From Fibrobacterota bacterium (GTDB lineage: Bacteria; Fibrobacterota; Fibrobacteria; UBA5070): a stretch of DNA of 64,000 nt. Location: contig JAKPQQ010000215.1 in NCBI GenBank assembly GCA_029557215.1, positions 3,875 to 67,874 of the forward strand, read 5' to 3'. Both the position numbers and the translations under genes were made by a program. The notes under the pieces were generated by a model that saw only the letters and a list, made by a program, of their open reading frames with translations, did not search any database and had not been told where the DNA came from. Within the stretch, counting starts at the first letter, position 1, and every line of letters starts with the position of its first letter. Shown in pieces: positions 8,968-20,764 of this stretch.

Positions 8968-10401
8968 ATGACCCCACTCAACCGCCCTTGGATCCCGAGA
9001 CTTCTGGCGATCGCCGCCATGGTCGTCGTCGGCGCCTGCAACATCTTCAATCCTTCCGGAACCGGAGACGACAAGGACACCACGGCCGACGATTTTATCC
9101 AGTCCGGCCAGGAAGCCCTTCGCGAACTCCGCTTCCAGGACGCGTTCAACGCGTTTTCCACCGCGCTGGCGCTGGATTCCAACAAGTCGCTGGCCTGGCA
9201 CGGACTGGCCAAGGCCACGCTGGGCAAGGACAGTTTCGACATCGCCTCCCTGGTGGACATCGCCGACACCATCGGCAATCTCGGCGACAACGAAAAGCTG
9301 GACTTCCTGCTTTCGCTGGGCGACACCGGCATCACCAGGATCTACCGCCCGCTCATGCGCGTGGCGTCCATCTACGACAGATTCCGGGTGCGCGACTCGC
9401 TCGGCAGGACCGACAAGGTGTTCGGGACCCGGCTGATCCTCACCGAACTGTCGACGCTGGTGAACAACCGCTCGTACTTCCTGCTCATCGACGCCAACCG
9501 CGACACCATCGTGCAAAGGGGCGAGATGGCCGGCCTCAAGATGATGTCGATCGCCTCCGGCGGACTGGAGATCAGCGCGGAAAAACTCGTGGAGCAGGGC
9601 GGCCTGGACAGCACCACCGGCGCGCTGCCCGATTCCACCCGCGACAACATCAACGGCATCCTGATGAACGTCACGACGATCACCCAGGACACCAACATGC
9701 TGAACCAGCTGCTGGCGGGCGCGAGCGGCGGCGAAGACGGATCGCTCACCGGCGGTTCGGAGGCCACGGAAGAACTCAACAAGGAAGCCAAGAGCTTCAT
9801 CCAGAAGCTGGGATCGTCCACGAGCTTCTTCCTGATCAACGACACGCTGGACAACGACGGCGACGGATGCCCCAACGAGGAGATGTTCGGCGACGGCCTC
9901 GACAACGACGGCGACGGACTCAAGGACGAGGACGGCCGCATCGGCATCCGCAAGATCTACACGCCGACTCCCGATTCGCTGGGGATGCTCACGCCTCCAG
10001 ACAGTTTCCGTCACAACGCGATGAAGGCTTCGGGGTCGGAGATGCGGGTGATCCGGCTTTCGCAGGCCCGACCGCCGGAATTCGCCCAGTACTTCGACGA
10101 GAAGCTGGCGCTGACCTACCACGACGCCACCGGCCGGACCAAGCTGTTCAAGGACCTGCGGTGGGTCTCGATCTCCGACTCGAGCGCGGGCGTGCGCAAC
10201 GACACGATCTGGACGCGGGTCCTGGCCCAGGAAGAAACCACGCCCCAGGCGTACAAGTCGCTGGACGGGAACAAGAAGGAAGAGATCAAGATCCTCGCGA
10301 TCGTGGAGATCCGCAAGAAGGTCCTCGCCGAATCCGACGTCAAGAAGCGGATCGATCTGGGCAAGAAGACCGTGGGAGGGTGCTGGGACCATGCTCAATA
10401 A
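8968..10401 (+). CDS. Hypothetical lipoprotein with N-terminal TPR-like helices and two DNDGDG..EE/ED motifs
   Basis: RBS AGGAG; lipobox VGAC; TPR-like 'GQEALRELRFQDAFNAFSTALALDSNKSLAWHGLAKA'; 'DNDGDGCPNEE' and 'DNDGDGLKDED'. Confidence 0.8.
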   Translation: MTPLNRPWIPRLLAIAAMVVVGACNIFNPSGTGDDKDTTADDFIQSGQEALRELRFQDAFNAFSTALALDSNKSLAWHGLAKATLGKDSFDIASLVDIADTIGNLGDNEKLDFLLSLGDTGITRIYRPLMRVASIYDRFRVRDSLGRTDKVFGTRLILTELSTLVNNRSYFLLIDANRDTIVQRGEMAGLKMMSIASGGLEISAEKLVEQGGLDSTTGALPDSTRDNINGILMNVTTITQDTNMLNQLLAGASGGEDGSLTGGSEATEELNKEAKSFIQKLGSSTSFFLINDTLDNDGDGCPNEEMFGDGLDNDGDGLKDEDGRIGIRKIYTPTPDSLGMLTPPDSFRHNAMKASGSEMRVIRLSQARPPEFAQYFDEKLALTYHDATGRTKLFKDLRWVSISDSSAGVRNDTIWTRVLAQEETTPQAYKSLDGNKKEEIKILAIVEIRKKVLAESDVKKRIDLGKKTVGGCWDHAQ

Positions 10402-11587
10402 CGACAATCTTCCGACACGAACAGTCCTCTTCGCTCTCGTGCTCGCCACGGCGAGCATGGCGGGCCCCCTCAACCGGTCGTGGCGCTCGCTGGGCATGGG
10501 CGACGCCGGCGTGGCGATCTCCGACGACGCCGAGGCGGTGCACCGCAATCCCGCGGGCCTCTCGCAGCTGGGGTTCAAGGGGTCGTGCGCTCCCCTGGAC
10601 AACCTGGGCTACAAGCGCAACGCGGTCGACGCCTGGATCGTGGGCGTGGGATTCGACGTGGATCCCGAACTGGCCATGAAGCTCTACCGGTTCTACGACC
10701 GGTACGACTCGTCGTTTTCCGCCGCGGAGGACGACCCCAAGGGCCTGTTGAAGAACAAGCAGCTGTTCGACGACATCTACGAGTTCGACCGGCTTCCGAT
10801 TCCTGTCAACACCTCGATCGACATGGGCGGCGCCATCCGCAACTACGGCGGCGCGCTGTGGACCGACAACGAGATCAGCCTCCAGATCGACCGGGGCGCC
10901 CTCACCCCCAAGGCGGGGATCCGCCTCGGTTCGACCATCGCCGCCGAAGCCGCCACGTCGCGTTCGTTCATCGACGACCGGTTGAACCTGGGGTTCGGCT
11001 ACCGGATCGTGGCCCGCACCGACGAATTCCGGGAATACGACATCACCGAGCTGCAGACCGAAGGCGAAAAGGGAGCCACCCGGATGCTGCTCAAGTCGTT
11101 GTCCAACATCCGTCGCTCCGAAGACTGGGGACACGGCCTGGATTTCGGGGTGATCTGGTTCCAGACCCCGGGGCTGCGCTACGGCGGCGCGATCCAGAAC
11201 GTGGGCATGAAGTTCTACGGGAAGTTCGTCACGCCCGATCTTTCGGCAGGCGTGGCGTGGGCGCCGCGTCCGTTCCAGCGCAACGACAAGTGGAGCCGCA
11301 AGATCAACTTCGCGATGTCGGCCACCGAACTGCTGGAAGACACCCTTGGCTACAAGCCGTTGTCCAAGCTCAACGTGGGAGCGGAATGGGAGCAGACCGT
11401 GATCCCGCACACGATCGTGGGACGGATTTCGGTGGGCCTGAAGGGCGGCTACCCCACCGCGGGCGTTTCGGGCATGCTCCTGCATTTCCTCAAAGGCGAA
11501 TTCCTGACCTACGCGGAAGAAGGCGGCAAGTTCACCGGCGACGAGGAAAACCGCTACTACATGGTCCGGCTGGGCATCGGGTTGTGA
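10391..11587 (+). CDS. Outer-membrane beta-barrel, TraF_2/PorV/FadL-like
   Basis: Signal peptide; 'RSLGMGDAGVAISDDAEAVHRNPAGL' plug motif; amphipathic strands 'GHGLDFGVIW', 'YGGAIQNVG', 'GLKGGYPTAG'; C-terminal strand YYMVRLGIGL. Confidence 0.75.
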   Translation: MLNNDNLPTRTVLFALVLATASMAGPLNRSWRSLGMGDAGVAISDDAEAVHRNPAGLSQLGFKGSCAPLDNLGYKRNAVDAWIVGVGFDVDPELAMKLYRFYDRYDSSFSAAEDDPKGLLKNKQLFDDIYEFDRLPIPVNTSIDMGGAIRNYGGALWTDNEISLQIDRGALTPKAGIRLGSTIAAEAATSRSFIDDRLNLGFGYRIVARTDEFREYDITELQTEGEKGATRMLLKSLSNIRRSEDWGHGLDFGVIWFQTPGLRYGGAIQNVGMKFYGKFVTPDLSAGVAWAPRPFQRNDKWSRKINFAMSATELLEDTLGYKPLSKLNVGAEWEQTVIPHTIVGRISVGLKGGYPTAGVSGMLLHFLKGEFLTYAEEGGKFTGDEENRYYMVRLGIGL

Positions 11588-11698
11588 GTTCGCCCGATCC
11601 CCGCAAGGCTCCCGCGGCGCGGCCGTCGGCCGAAGTTTCGCAAGACCTGCTCAAGCAATGGCTTTCCCAGGGATCGCAGGCGCCCAAGCCCGACTCGG

Positions 11699-13297
11699 CT
11701 ACGTCCTCGGGACGGCCCGGTCCGCAAGACGCAATCCGTCCGCCGCGGAAGTGACGATCCCGCCCGACCACCCGGCGCCTTCCCCCAGCGCGTAGAGCCC
11801 CTCGATCCCCGGCACGGCGAGCGTGGTCGCCTCGCGCGGAACGCGAAGCGGAGAACTCGTGCGGGTTTCCGGCGCGATCATGAGGCCGTGGCGGATGAAC
11901 CCGGGGATCTTGCGGTCGAAATCCACCAGCGCCTTGGCCAGCTCGCTGGAAACGAACTCCGGAAGCAACGTGGCGAGATCGCTGGGAGCCAACCCGCGGG
12001 CGTAGCTGGATTCGGGCAGATCCTGTCCGACCTTGCCTTCCAGGAAATCCGACGCCCGCTGGGCCGGAGCCCGGAAGCCGCCGCCTCCCAACGCGTAGGC
12101 GTCGCGCTCCAGCTTGCGCTGGAAGTTCACCCCGGTCCACACGTCGTCGGCGACGCCGTTGCCTGCGGCCCACGCAGCCAGCTCCTGCCGGTGCACCGGC
12201 ACCACGAACCCGGAATTGGCCCACCTGCCGGCGCGGGCCCTGAAGCTCATGCCGTTGGTCGCCAGCTCGCGGGAATCGGTGGTGGTGGGCAGCACTTCGC
12301 CGCCCGGGCACATGCAGAACGAGTGCGCGCCCGGCCCGTCCGGCGTCCTGCACGAAAGGAAGTATTCGGCCGCGCCCAGGAGGTCCGTGTCGGCCTTGGG
12401 GCCGTACTGGCGGCGGTCGATCATCTCCTGGGGGTGTTCGATCCGCACCCCCACCGCGAAGTCCTTGGCCTCGAACCCCACGCCGCGCGCGGCGAGCATC
12501 TCCAGGGTGTCGCGGGCCGAATGCCCGATCGCCAGCACCAGCGCCTCGACGGATTCCGTCTTGCCGGAAAACGTCGCGGACGCGACCTTCCCGGAACGGA
12601 CCTCGAAATCCTCCAGCCGCGACAGGAAGCGGAATTCGCCGCCCAGGGATTCGAACCGCTTGCGCAGGCCCGCCACCAGCACGCGCATGCGGTCGGTGCC
12701 CAGGTGGGGCTTGGCGCGCCACTGGATGGAAGGATCCTCGCCCACGTCCACCCACTGCTTGAGCGCGGCCTGCACCAGGCGGTTGCGGGTGCGCGTGGTG
12801 AGCTTGCCGTCGGTGAACGTGCCGGCGCCGCCTTCGCCGAACAGGAAGTTGGTCTCGGGGTCCAGGTCGGCTCCCTTGATGAACCGCCGGGCCGCGAGAC
12901 TGCGGGTGGCGAGGTCGGCGCCGCGCTCGTGCAGCACCACGCGGTAGCCCTTTTCCGCCAACGCGATCGCGCAGGCGATGCCGCAGGGTCCCGAACCCAC
13001 CACGTGCACGCGCTCGGGCAGCGCCAGGCTCCCGATCAACAGGTCGTCGGGTTCGGGCTTGGGTTCGCCCAGCGGCTCCAGCATGTGGCGATGGAAGGGG
13101 CGATCGGTGACCAGCTCCAGGGTGAAGCGCTTGACCGGCTTGGACTTGCGGGCATCCACGCTCTCGCGCGTGATGGTTGCCTGCACCAGGGCCCTCGGGT
13201 CGATCCGCCAATCGCGCAGGGCCTTTTCCACGGGGTCGGACGTGTCGCGCGGATCCATGGCCAGCCCGTGCAGGCGGTAGCGGAAGGTCTTCTTCAA
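11699..13297 (-). CDS. FAD-dependent oxidoreductase (COG2509 / HI0933-related)
   Basis: 'VVGSGPCG', 'FGEGGAGTFTDGKL', 'KPHLGTD', 'AIGHSARDT', 'SFCMCPGG', 'ETRTSSPLR', 'GEGAGWSGGIVTSAADG'; TTG start overlaps the HAD stop. Confidence 0.88.
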   Translation of the reverse strand: MKKTFRYRLHGLAMDPRDTSDPVEKALRDWRIDPRALVQATITRESVDARKSKPVKRFTLELVTDRPFHRHMLEPLGEPKPEPDDLLIGSLALPERVHVVGSGPCGIACAIALAEKGYRVVLHERGADLATRSLAARRFIKGADLDPETNFLFGEGGAGTFTDGKLTTRTRNRLVQAALKQWVDVGEDPSIQWRAKPHLGTDRMRVLVAGLRKRFESLGGEFRFLSRLEDFEVRSGKVASATFSGKTESVEALVLAIGHSARDTLEMLAARGVGFEAKDFAVGVRIEHPQEMIDRRQYGPKADTDLLGAAEYFLSCRTPDGPGAHSFCMCPGGEVLPTTTDSRELATNGMSFRARAGRWANSGFVVPVHRQELAAWAAGNGVADDVWTGVNFQRKLERDAYALGGGGFRAPAQRASDFLEGKVGQDLPESSYARGLAPSDLATLLPEFVSSELAKALVDFDRKIPGFIRHGLMIAPETRTSSPLRVPREATTLAVPGIEGLYALGEGAGWSGGIVTSAADGLRLADRAVPRT

Positions 13298-13998
13298 GCG
13301 GCGATCCTCTCGAGCAGTTCGATCAAGCTGGCGGTGTCCGACAGGTCGGGAACCACGGCTTCGGCGCCGCAGTCGGAAAGTGCCTGCATCGAGTAGTCTC
13401 CGGTGGCCACGCCCAGGCAACCGATCCCCGCCACCTTGGCGCAGCGCACGTCCTCGGGGGTGTCGCCCACCACCACGGCCTTCGCCTCGCGGCCCGGGAA
13501 ACGCGCCGCCCAAGCCTCCAGCGCCTCGCGCGCCAGGGGCCCCTTGTCCGGCACATGGTCGCCGTAACCGCCCACCGGAGTCCCGTCCAACGCGAACAGA
13601 TCCCACACGCCCAGGGCCTGGAGCTTGACGCGGGTGCCCTGGAAGAAGTTCCCCGTGACCAGCCCGTTGTGGAACCCGGGATGGGCATCCACCGCCCGGA
13701 GCAGCTCGCCCGCGCCGGCCAGGAGCCACGGCGGATTGGCGGCCAGGAATTCCTCCAGGACCTTGGCGTAGAGCTCGCCGAACACGGAGAAGGCGGGAAG
13801 ATCCGACGCCCCCGCCTCGCGCGCGAGTTCGTGCCAGATGCCGAAATCCGTCCTGCCCGCCATGGGGATGTCGGAAAACGTCTTCCCCGGGAACAGGCGT
13901 TCCAGGGTGGCGTAGAACGCGCGTTTGCCTTCGCCGTGGCCGTCCAGCAAGGTGCCGTCGATGTCCCACAGCACAAGAGTCGTCGTCTCACCGCTCAC
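13294..13998 (-). CDS. HAD-superfamily hydrolase (phosphoglycolate phosphatase-like)
   Basis: Motif I 'LWDIDGTLL', motif II 'LVTGN', motif IV 'VGDTPEDV'. Confidence 0.88.
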   Translation of the reverse strand: MSGETTTLVLWDIDGTLLDGHGEGKRAFYATLERLFPGKTFSDIPMAGRTDFGIWHELAREAGASDLPAFSVFGELYAKVLEEFLAANPPWLLAGAGELLRAVDAHPGFHNGLVTGNFFQGTRVKLQALGVWDLFALDGTPVGGYGDHVPDKGPLAREALEAWAARFPGREAKAVVVGDTPEDVRCAKVAGIGCLGVATGDYSMQALSDCGAEAVVPDLSDTASLIELLERIAA

Positions 13999-14079
13999 CA
14001 AGGCGCTCCGACCATGAGGCATCCGTGAAGAAGACTGCGCGCCGGAATGGGTTCCCAAGGCGCGGCGCGTCGGATACAG

Positions 14080-14114
14080 TCCCCCTCCCTGCCAGGGAGG
14101 GCCGGGGTGGGGGA
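14080..14114. repeat. REP-like unit (CCCTCCCTG..AGGGAGGG family)
   Basis: TCCCCCTCCCTGCCAGGGAGGGCCGGGGTGGGGGA directly after the ispG stop; its reverse complement resembles the unit at 24483. Confidence 0.65.
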
Positions 14115-14118
14115 TGTT

Positions 14119-15930
<1,812 letters not shown>

Positions 15931-15941
15931 GGCACGGAAAT

Positions 15942-16610
15942 CTACTTGGTCGCGACGACCGCGTAGCAGATGCCCAGATCGAAGCTCCTGGGCCGCACGT
16001 CGCGGAACCCCTTGCGCTCCAGAAGCTCGACGTAGGCCTGCACGGGAACGAACCCGCGCGTGGATCTCACCAGGTATTCGTAGGCGTCGCGGTTGGATCC
16101 GAACGCCTTGGCCACCAGCGGCAGCGCCACAGGAGCGACCAACCCGTAGAACGCCCTGGCCGCCAGCGTGGACGGCCGGAAGAACTCCAGCGTCAGGAAC
16201 ACGCCGCCCGGCTTGAGCACGCGGGCCACCTCGTCGACGCCCATCGCGAGGTCGTCCAGGTTGCGCATCCCGAACCCGCACAGCACGGTGTCGAAACTCG
16301 CGTCCTTGAACGGCATATTCAACGCGTCGGCCTGGATGCCCGAAGGCAGGCCCTTGGCCGGAAGCGACGACATCATCCCGAAGGAAAAGTCGGCCACCCG
16401 CGAAAGCGAGGTCGCCAGGCCCGCGTCGTGCGCCGCGTTCAGGAAATCGCCGGTCCCCCCGCAGAGATCCAGGATCTTCTGGCGGCGCTTGGGGAGCATG
16501 TCCACCGCCTTGCGCCTCCAGGCCAGGTCGCGCCGTGCGGATAGGACATGGTCCAGCATGTCGTAGCGACCGCTGATCCGATCGAACATCTCCTGGATGG
16601 CCTTGCTCAA
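15942..16610 (-). CDS. menG: Demethylmenaquinone/ubiquinone methyltransferase
   Basis: 'MFDRISGRYD..LS...D.AWR', 'LDLCGGTGD', 'GFGMRN', 'RVLKPGG..LEF', 'AYEYL'; TTG start overlaps the UbiD stop. Confidence 0.88.
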   Translation of the reverse strand: MSKAIQEMFDRISGRYDMLDHVLSARRDLAWRRKAVDMLPKRRQKILDLCGGTGDFLNAAHDAGLATSLSRVADFSFGMMSSLPAKGLPSGIQADALNMPFKDASFDTVLCGFGMRNLDDLAMGVDEVARVLKPGGVFLTLEFFRPSTLAARAFYGLVAPVALPLVAKAFGSNRDAYEYLVRSTRGFVPVQAYVELLERKGFRDVRPRSFDLGICYAVVATK

Positions 16611-18409
16611 AGCCCCAACTCCTTCCAATATCCGTCCACGCGCGCGACCACCGCCGGATCCTGTTTGATGATCCCGGGCCAGGCGCCGCGGTCGTAGCCT
16701 TCGTCGGCGCGCTTCTTGGTGCAGTCGAACCCCAGCGCCTTGCCGGGCCGGGAGGAATCCAGCACCACCACGTCGCGCGACGGGTCCATGTTGGCACCGC
16801 CCACCACCAGCGCCATGCCGCCCGATTCCAGGGCCTGGGCGTCGTCGAACACCGCGACCGCCAGGATCCGGCTCGACAGATGCTGTCGCTTGAGCGACTT
16901 CAGGAACTCCTTGCCCTGCCCCGCCCTGGACTTGGCGATCTGCACCAGCAGGATCCGTCCGTCGCCGCCGGCGGGAACGCTCGCGCGCACGACGCCCGGG
17001 TGCGAGGCCGCGTCGAAGCTCCAGGAAGGGCCGTCGTCGGAGGCCGCGCGCGGGAACATGTCCTCGCCGTGGATGCGCGTGGTCGCGTCGATCCCGATCT
17101 TGCCCCCGAAGTCGCAGGCCGCCGCGTGGTCCAGGGTGTCGGCGGGCCCCTGCGAAAGCGCCGTGTCGCGCACGGCGTGCCAGTTCCTGTCGATCGCCGC
17201 CAGGACCGCGCGGGTGTCTGACAGGTCGGTTCCCTGGTCCAGCGCGACGCACATCTTGGTGAACATCATCTGGCCGGTGCCCCACACGGCGTGGAAGCTC
17301 TTGTGGGCGTGGCCCGGATACCGCTTGCGGATCGCGGCCAGCACCAGGTTGTGGAACACGCCTTCGGGCGGGAGTCTCAGGTCGCGGATCTCGCCGTGGA
17401 CGCGCCGCAACAACGGCAGGAAGAGCCGTTCCGTGGCCAGGCCCATCCAGTTGTCCTCCTTGGGAGGCAGCCCCACCACCGTGGCCGGATAGATCGCGTC
17501 CTTGCGGTGCGTGATCCGTTCCACGTGGAAGGCCGGATACATCCCCTCCTGCGAGTAGTAGCCGGTATGGTCGCCAAAGGGTCCTTCCAGACGCAGGTCG
17601 TCGGGATCCACCCATCCTTCCAGGACGAAATCCGCCTCGGCGGGAACCCCGATCCCGTGGATTCCGCAAGGAACCATGGGCACGCGGCGGCGTTGCAGGA
17701 ACCCTGCCAAAAGCATCTCGAACACGTCCGGCGGCAGCGGAGCGGTGGCCGCCCAGGTGAGCACGGGAGGGCCGCCCAGGGCGACCGCGACCGGAATCCG
17801 TCTTGCGGATTCGTCCAGGTGCCTGCGACCGTCCTTCTGGCGCTGCCAGTGCATGCCCGTGGTGCGCGAATCGAACACCTGCATGCGGTACATGCCGCAA
17901 TTGGACTTGCCGTCGGGCGAACGCGAAAAGACCATCGGGAAGGTGATGAACGGCCCCGCGTCGTCGGGCCAGGTGGTGAGCACCGGCAGGGCTCCCAAGT
18001 CCACCTGCGGCGCCACCGTTTCCTGGGCGGGCGCCCTGCCGACGCGCTTGGGGAAGGCGTGGCGCAATCCGGCCAGGGCCTTGGCCATCCGCCAGGCGTC
18101 GCCCATGGACTTGGGCGGCTCGATCTCGGCGATGCGGGCGATGCGTTGTTCGGCTTCGTCCAGCGATTGGGACCCCAGCGCCCAGGCCATGCGGCGCTCG
18201 GACCCCAGGATGTTCACCGCGACGGGAAACGCCGAGCCCTTCACGTTCGTGAACAGGAGGGCCTTGCCGCCGCCGGTCTGGCGCATCACGCGATCGGCGA
18301 TCTCGCAGACTTCCAGGTGCCGGTCGACCGCGCGATCCACGACGGCCAGCTCGCCGCGACGGTCGCAGTATTCCAAAAACGAGCGCAAGGATCGAAACGA
18401 TGGTATCAC
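16607..18409 (-). CDS. UbiD-family decarboxylase (menaquinone biosynthesis, MqnL-like)
   Basis: 'DAGPFITFP', 'NCGMYRMQV', 'GMHWQ', 'EGPFGDHTGYY', 'VVGLPPKED', 'KRYPGHA', 'GKIGIDAT' with a duplicated C-terminal segment. Confidence 0.92.
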   Translation of the reverse strand: MIPSFRSLRSFLEYCDRRGELAVVDRAVDRHLEVCEIADRVMRQTGGGKALLFTNVKGSAFPVAVNILGSERRMAWALGSQSLDEAEQRIARIAEIEPPKSMGDAWRMAKALAGLRHAFPKRVGRAPAQETVAPQVDLGALPVLTTWPDDAGPFITFPMVFSRSPDGKSNCGMYRMQVFDSRTTGMHWQRQKDGRRHLDESARRIPVAVALGGPPVLTWAATAPLPPDVFEMLLAGFLQRRRVPMVPCGIHGIGVPAEADFVLEGWVDPDDLRLEGPFGDHTGYYSQEGMYPAFHVERITHRKDAIYPATVVGLPPKEDNWMGLATERLFLPLLRRVHGEIRDLRLPPEGVFHNLVLAAIRKRYPGHAHKSFHAVWGTGQMMFTKMCVALDQGTDLSDTRAVLAAIDRNWHAVRDTALSQGPADTLDHAAACDFGGKIGIDATTRIHGEDMFPRAASDDGPSWSFDAASHPGVVRASVPAGGDGRILLVQIAKSRAGQGKEFLKSLKRQHLSSRILAVAVFDDAQALESGGMALVVGGANMDPSRDVVVLDSSRPGKALGFDCTKKRADEGYDRGAWPGIIKQDPAVVARVDGYWKELGL

Positions 18410-18483
18410 GTTGGTCCAAAGATACCTTTCGCGCCATCTTGAACCCCTGGGTTCCACATCGCGACCAATGCGCCGGAACACGA

Positions 18484-19797
18484 ATGCTCGAATCTCGCCC
18501 TGAGGGCAACCTCACCTCCCACCACGGCCATTTCGGATGGCGCCGGATCTACCGGACTCCCCGCTCGGCGATCGCGACGCTTTGGCACGCGCCGCTGGCC
18601 AACGCGCGATTCGTCATCGTTTCCGGCGCGTTCTGGACCGTGAACCTCGCGATCACCGAACCCTACCGGTTCCTGTTCTTCAGCCGGCTCGGACTTTCGC
18701 CCGAGGCCATCGGCAAGTTGTTTTCCGCCGACCTCGTGATCCGCGCCATCGGGCTCCTGCTTTCCGGAACCATGATGCGAGCCTTCGGAGCCAAGCGCAT
18801 GCTGGTCCTGGCCGACATCGTTTCGTGGGTGGTTCCGTATCTGCTGCTGGGGTTCGCGACCCAACCCTGGCACGCCGTCGTCGCCGTGCTGCTCACCTCG
18901 CTCAATTCCTTCGCCAGCACCCCCTACAATTGCCTTCTCGCCGAAGGCATGCCCGCCGAGCGCCGAACCAAATCCTACGCGTTCCTCCACCTCTGGAACA
19001 TGGCGCCGGCCCTGCTTGTCCCGTGGCTGGCGGGCGAGCTGATCAACAACAGCCCGTTCGGACCCACGCTGCGCATCCTGTTCCTGGTCCAGGCGGGATC
19101 GATGGCCGTCGGGATCTGGTTCCGGTACCGCAAGCTCCACGACCTCCAACCGGGATCGACCTCGGCCAAACAAGGCCTGCTCGGCACGCTGCGCCAAATC
19201 GTGAAGACCCCCGGCTTTCTTCCCTCCTGGAGCGCGTTGGCCATCCAGGGCGTGTTCCAGAGCGTCACCAACGCGTTCCTGGCGATCTATCTCACGCGCG
19301 AACTGCGGATGTCCGACAGGATGCCCGGCTGGCTCGCGGAAATGGGCGCCATCGGATTCGCCGTCGGGACGCTGGCCATCCAACCCAAGCTGAAGGAATC
19401 GAACGTCCCCCGCTTCGCGGCCGTGGCGCTCACCATCCACGCGGCGGCGATCGCCCTGCTGCTGTTGCATCCAAGCCGCAATTGGACCATGGCCATCTGG
19501 CTCGTGGGCGGACTCTGCTCGGCGGTGCACGGCGCCGCCACCAGCTCGCTCTTGACTTCGGCGCTTCCGGAAAACGCCCGCGACCACGGATTCGCCTTGA
19601 GCTACGTGGGAGTGCACCTGGTGGGCGCCCTGTGCATGCCCCTCGCCGGAATCCTCCTCGATCGGCGCCTGGGCATGTTCCCGTTGCTGGTGACGGGATT
19701 CCTGCTGGCATGGGCGTTCGGAATCTGGCTCACCCGAACCATGAATCCCGTCGCGACGGTATCCACCTGGCAACCAGAGGACGCCTCCCAGAGCTGA
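18484..19797 (+). CDS. MFS transporter
   Basis: About 12 hydrophobic segments; degenerate motif A 'GTMMRAFGAKRML'; 'LLAEGMPAERR'; 'SALPENARDHGFA'; start codon uncertain. Confidence 0.8.
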   Translation: MLESRPEGNLTSHHGHFGWRRIYRTPRSAIATLWHAPLANARFVIVSGAFWTVNLAITEPYRFLFFSRLGLSPEAIGKLFSADLVIRAIGLLLSGTMMRAFGAKRMLVLADIVSWVVPYLLLGFATQPWHAVVAVLLTSLNSFASTPYNCLLAEGMPAERRTKSYAFLHLWNMAPALLVPWLAGELINNSPFGPTLRILFLVQAGSMAVGIWFRYRKLHDLQPGSTSAKQGLLGTLRQIVKTPGFLPSWSALAIQGVFQSVTNAFLAIYLTRELRMSDRMPGWLAEMGAIGFAVGTLAIQPKLKESNVPRFAAVALTIHAAAIALLLLHPSRNWTMAIWLVGGLCSAVHGAATSSLLTSALPENARDHGFALSYVGVHLVGALCMPLAGILLDRRLGMFPLLVTGFLLAWAFGIWLTRTMNPVATVSTWQPEDASQS

Positions 19798-19806
19798 TCG
19801 GTCGGG

Positions 19807-20715
19807 TCAGGCCTCCGCCTGAAGGACCCGAGCCGGGGCCGGATCCGACGGCTCCGAAGCCCGCGGCCGGGCGTCCCAATCGCGCCAGACGACGTCGGGA
19901 TGCTCCTTGAACCGTTCCTGCATGACCTCCAAGGCCTGGCGGTTGTTGTCGACCAGGATGCAGTCGCGGCCATTTCTTGTCGCGGCATCCCCGAACGATC
20001 CGCTTCCCGCGAAGAAATCGCACAGCATGTCGCCCGGACGCGAATGGACCTTCACGATGCGCTCCAGGATCCCCAACGGCTTCTGGGACGGGTAGCCGGT
20101 CTTCTCCCTGGACTGCGGACTCACGATCGTGTGCCACCAGGCGTCGGTGGGGGTCTTCCCGCGTTCGGCCTTCTCAGAACCCACCAGATGCGGCGACAGG
20201 TAAGGTAGCCGGTCGCAGGCGTCCAGATCGAACACGTACCGCTCCGGATCCTTGGCGTACCAGAAAATGACATCGTGCTTGGCCGGCCAGCGCCGCTTGG
20301 TGCGGGCTCCGTAGTCCCAGGCCCAGACGATCTCGTTCATGAACGAGCTCCGCCCGAACAACTGGTCGAGCAGGACCTTGCAGTAGTGGGATTCGGAAAC
20401 GCCCATGTGCAGGAACAGGCTGCCGTCGTCGGCCAGGACACGCTTGGCTTCCACGAGGCGTTCTTCCAGGAACAGGAGATGCTCGTCCTGGTGGAAGATG
20501 TCGGAAAACGACTTGGTCCCCACCCGGACCGACGCGTAGCGCCGGTCCTCGAACCCCAGATGCCCCTCGCCGCGCCGTTCGATGCTGATCTCGTGGCGAT
20601 GCATGATCTTGCCCGTGTTGTACGGCGGATCGATGTACACGAGCGAAACCGAACCGTCGGGAATCCTCTTCAGGACCTCGAGATTGTCGCCGAAATGGAT
20701 TTCAAGCCTGGCCAA
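19807..20715 (-). CDS. Site-specific DNA methyltransferase (N6-adenine/N4-cytosine, beta-class), no adjacent REase
   Basis: 'GDNLEVL', 'YIDPPY', 'FMNEIVW', 'YPSQKP', 'DFFAGSGS' (DPPY precedes FxGxG). Confidence 0.9.
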   Translation of the reverse strand: MARLEIHFGDNLEVLKRIPDGSVSLVYIDPPYNTGKIMHRHEISIERRGEGHLGFEDRRYASVRVGTKSFSDIFHQDEHLLFLEERLVEAKRVLADDGSLFLHMGVSESHYCKVLLDQLFGRSSFMNEIVWAWDYGARTKRRWPAKHDVIFWYAKDPERYVFDLDACDRLPYLSPHLVGSEKAERGKTPTDAWWHTIVSPQSREKTGYPSQKPLGILERIVKVHSRPGDMLCDFFAGSGSFGDAATRNGRDCILVDNNRQALEVMQERFKEHPDVVWRDWDARPRASEPSDPAPARVLQAEA

Positions 20716-20764
20716 CGTTCCTCCCGCTCCCCATGGACTGCGGCACGGAACGAAGATTAGTTCG

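Noticed and set aside
10391-11587. TraF-like gene as evidence of a conjugative element
   Set aside because: No relaxase, VirB4/VirD4 or other tra genes; the neighbourhood is chromosomal
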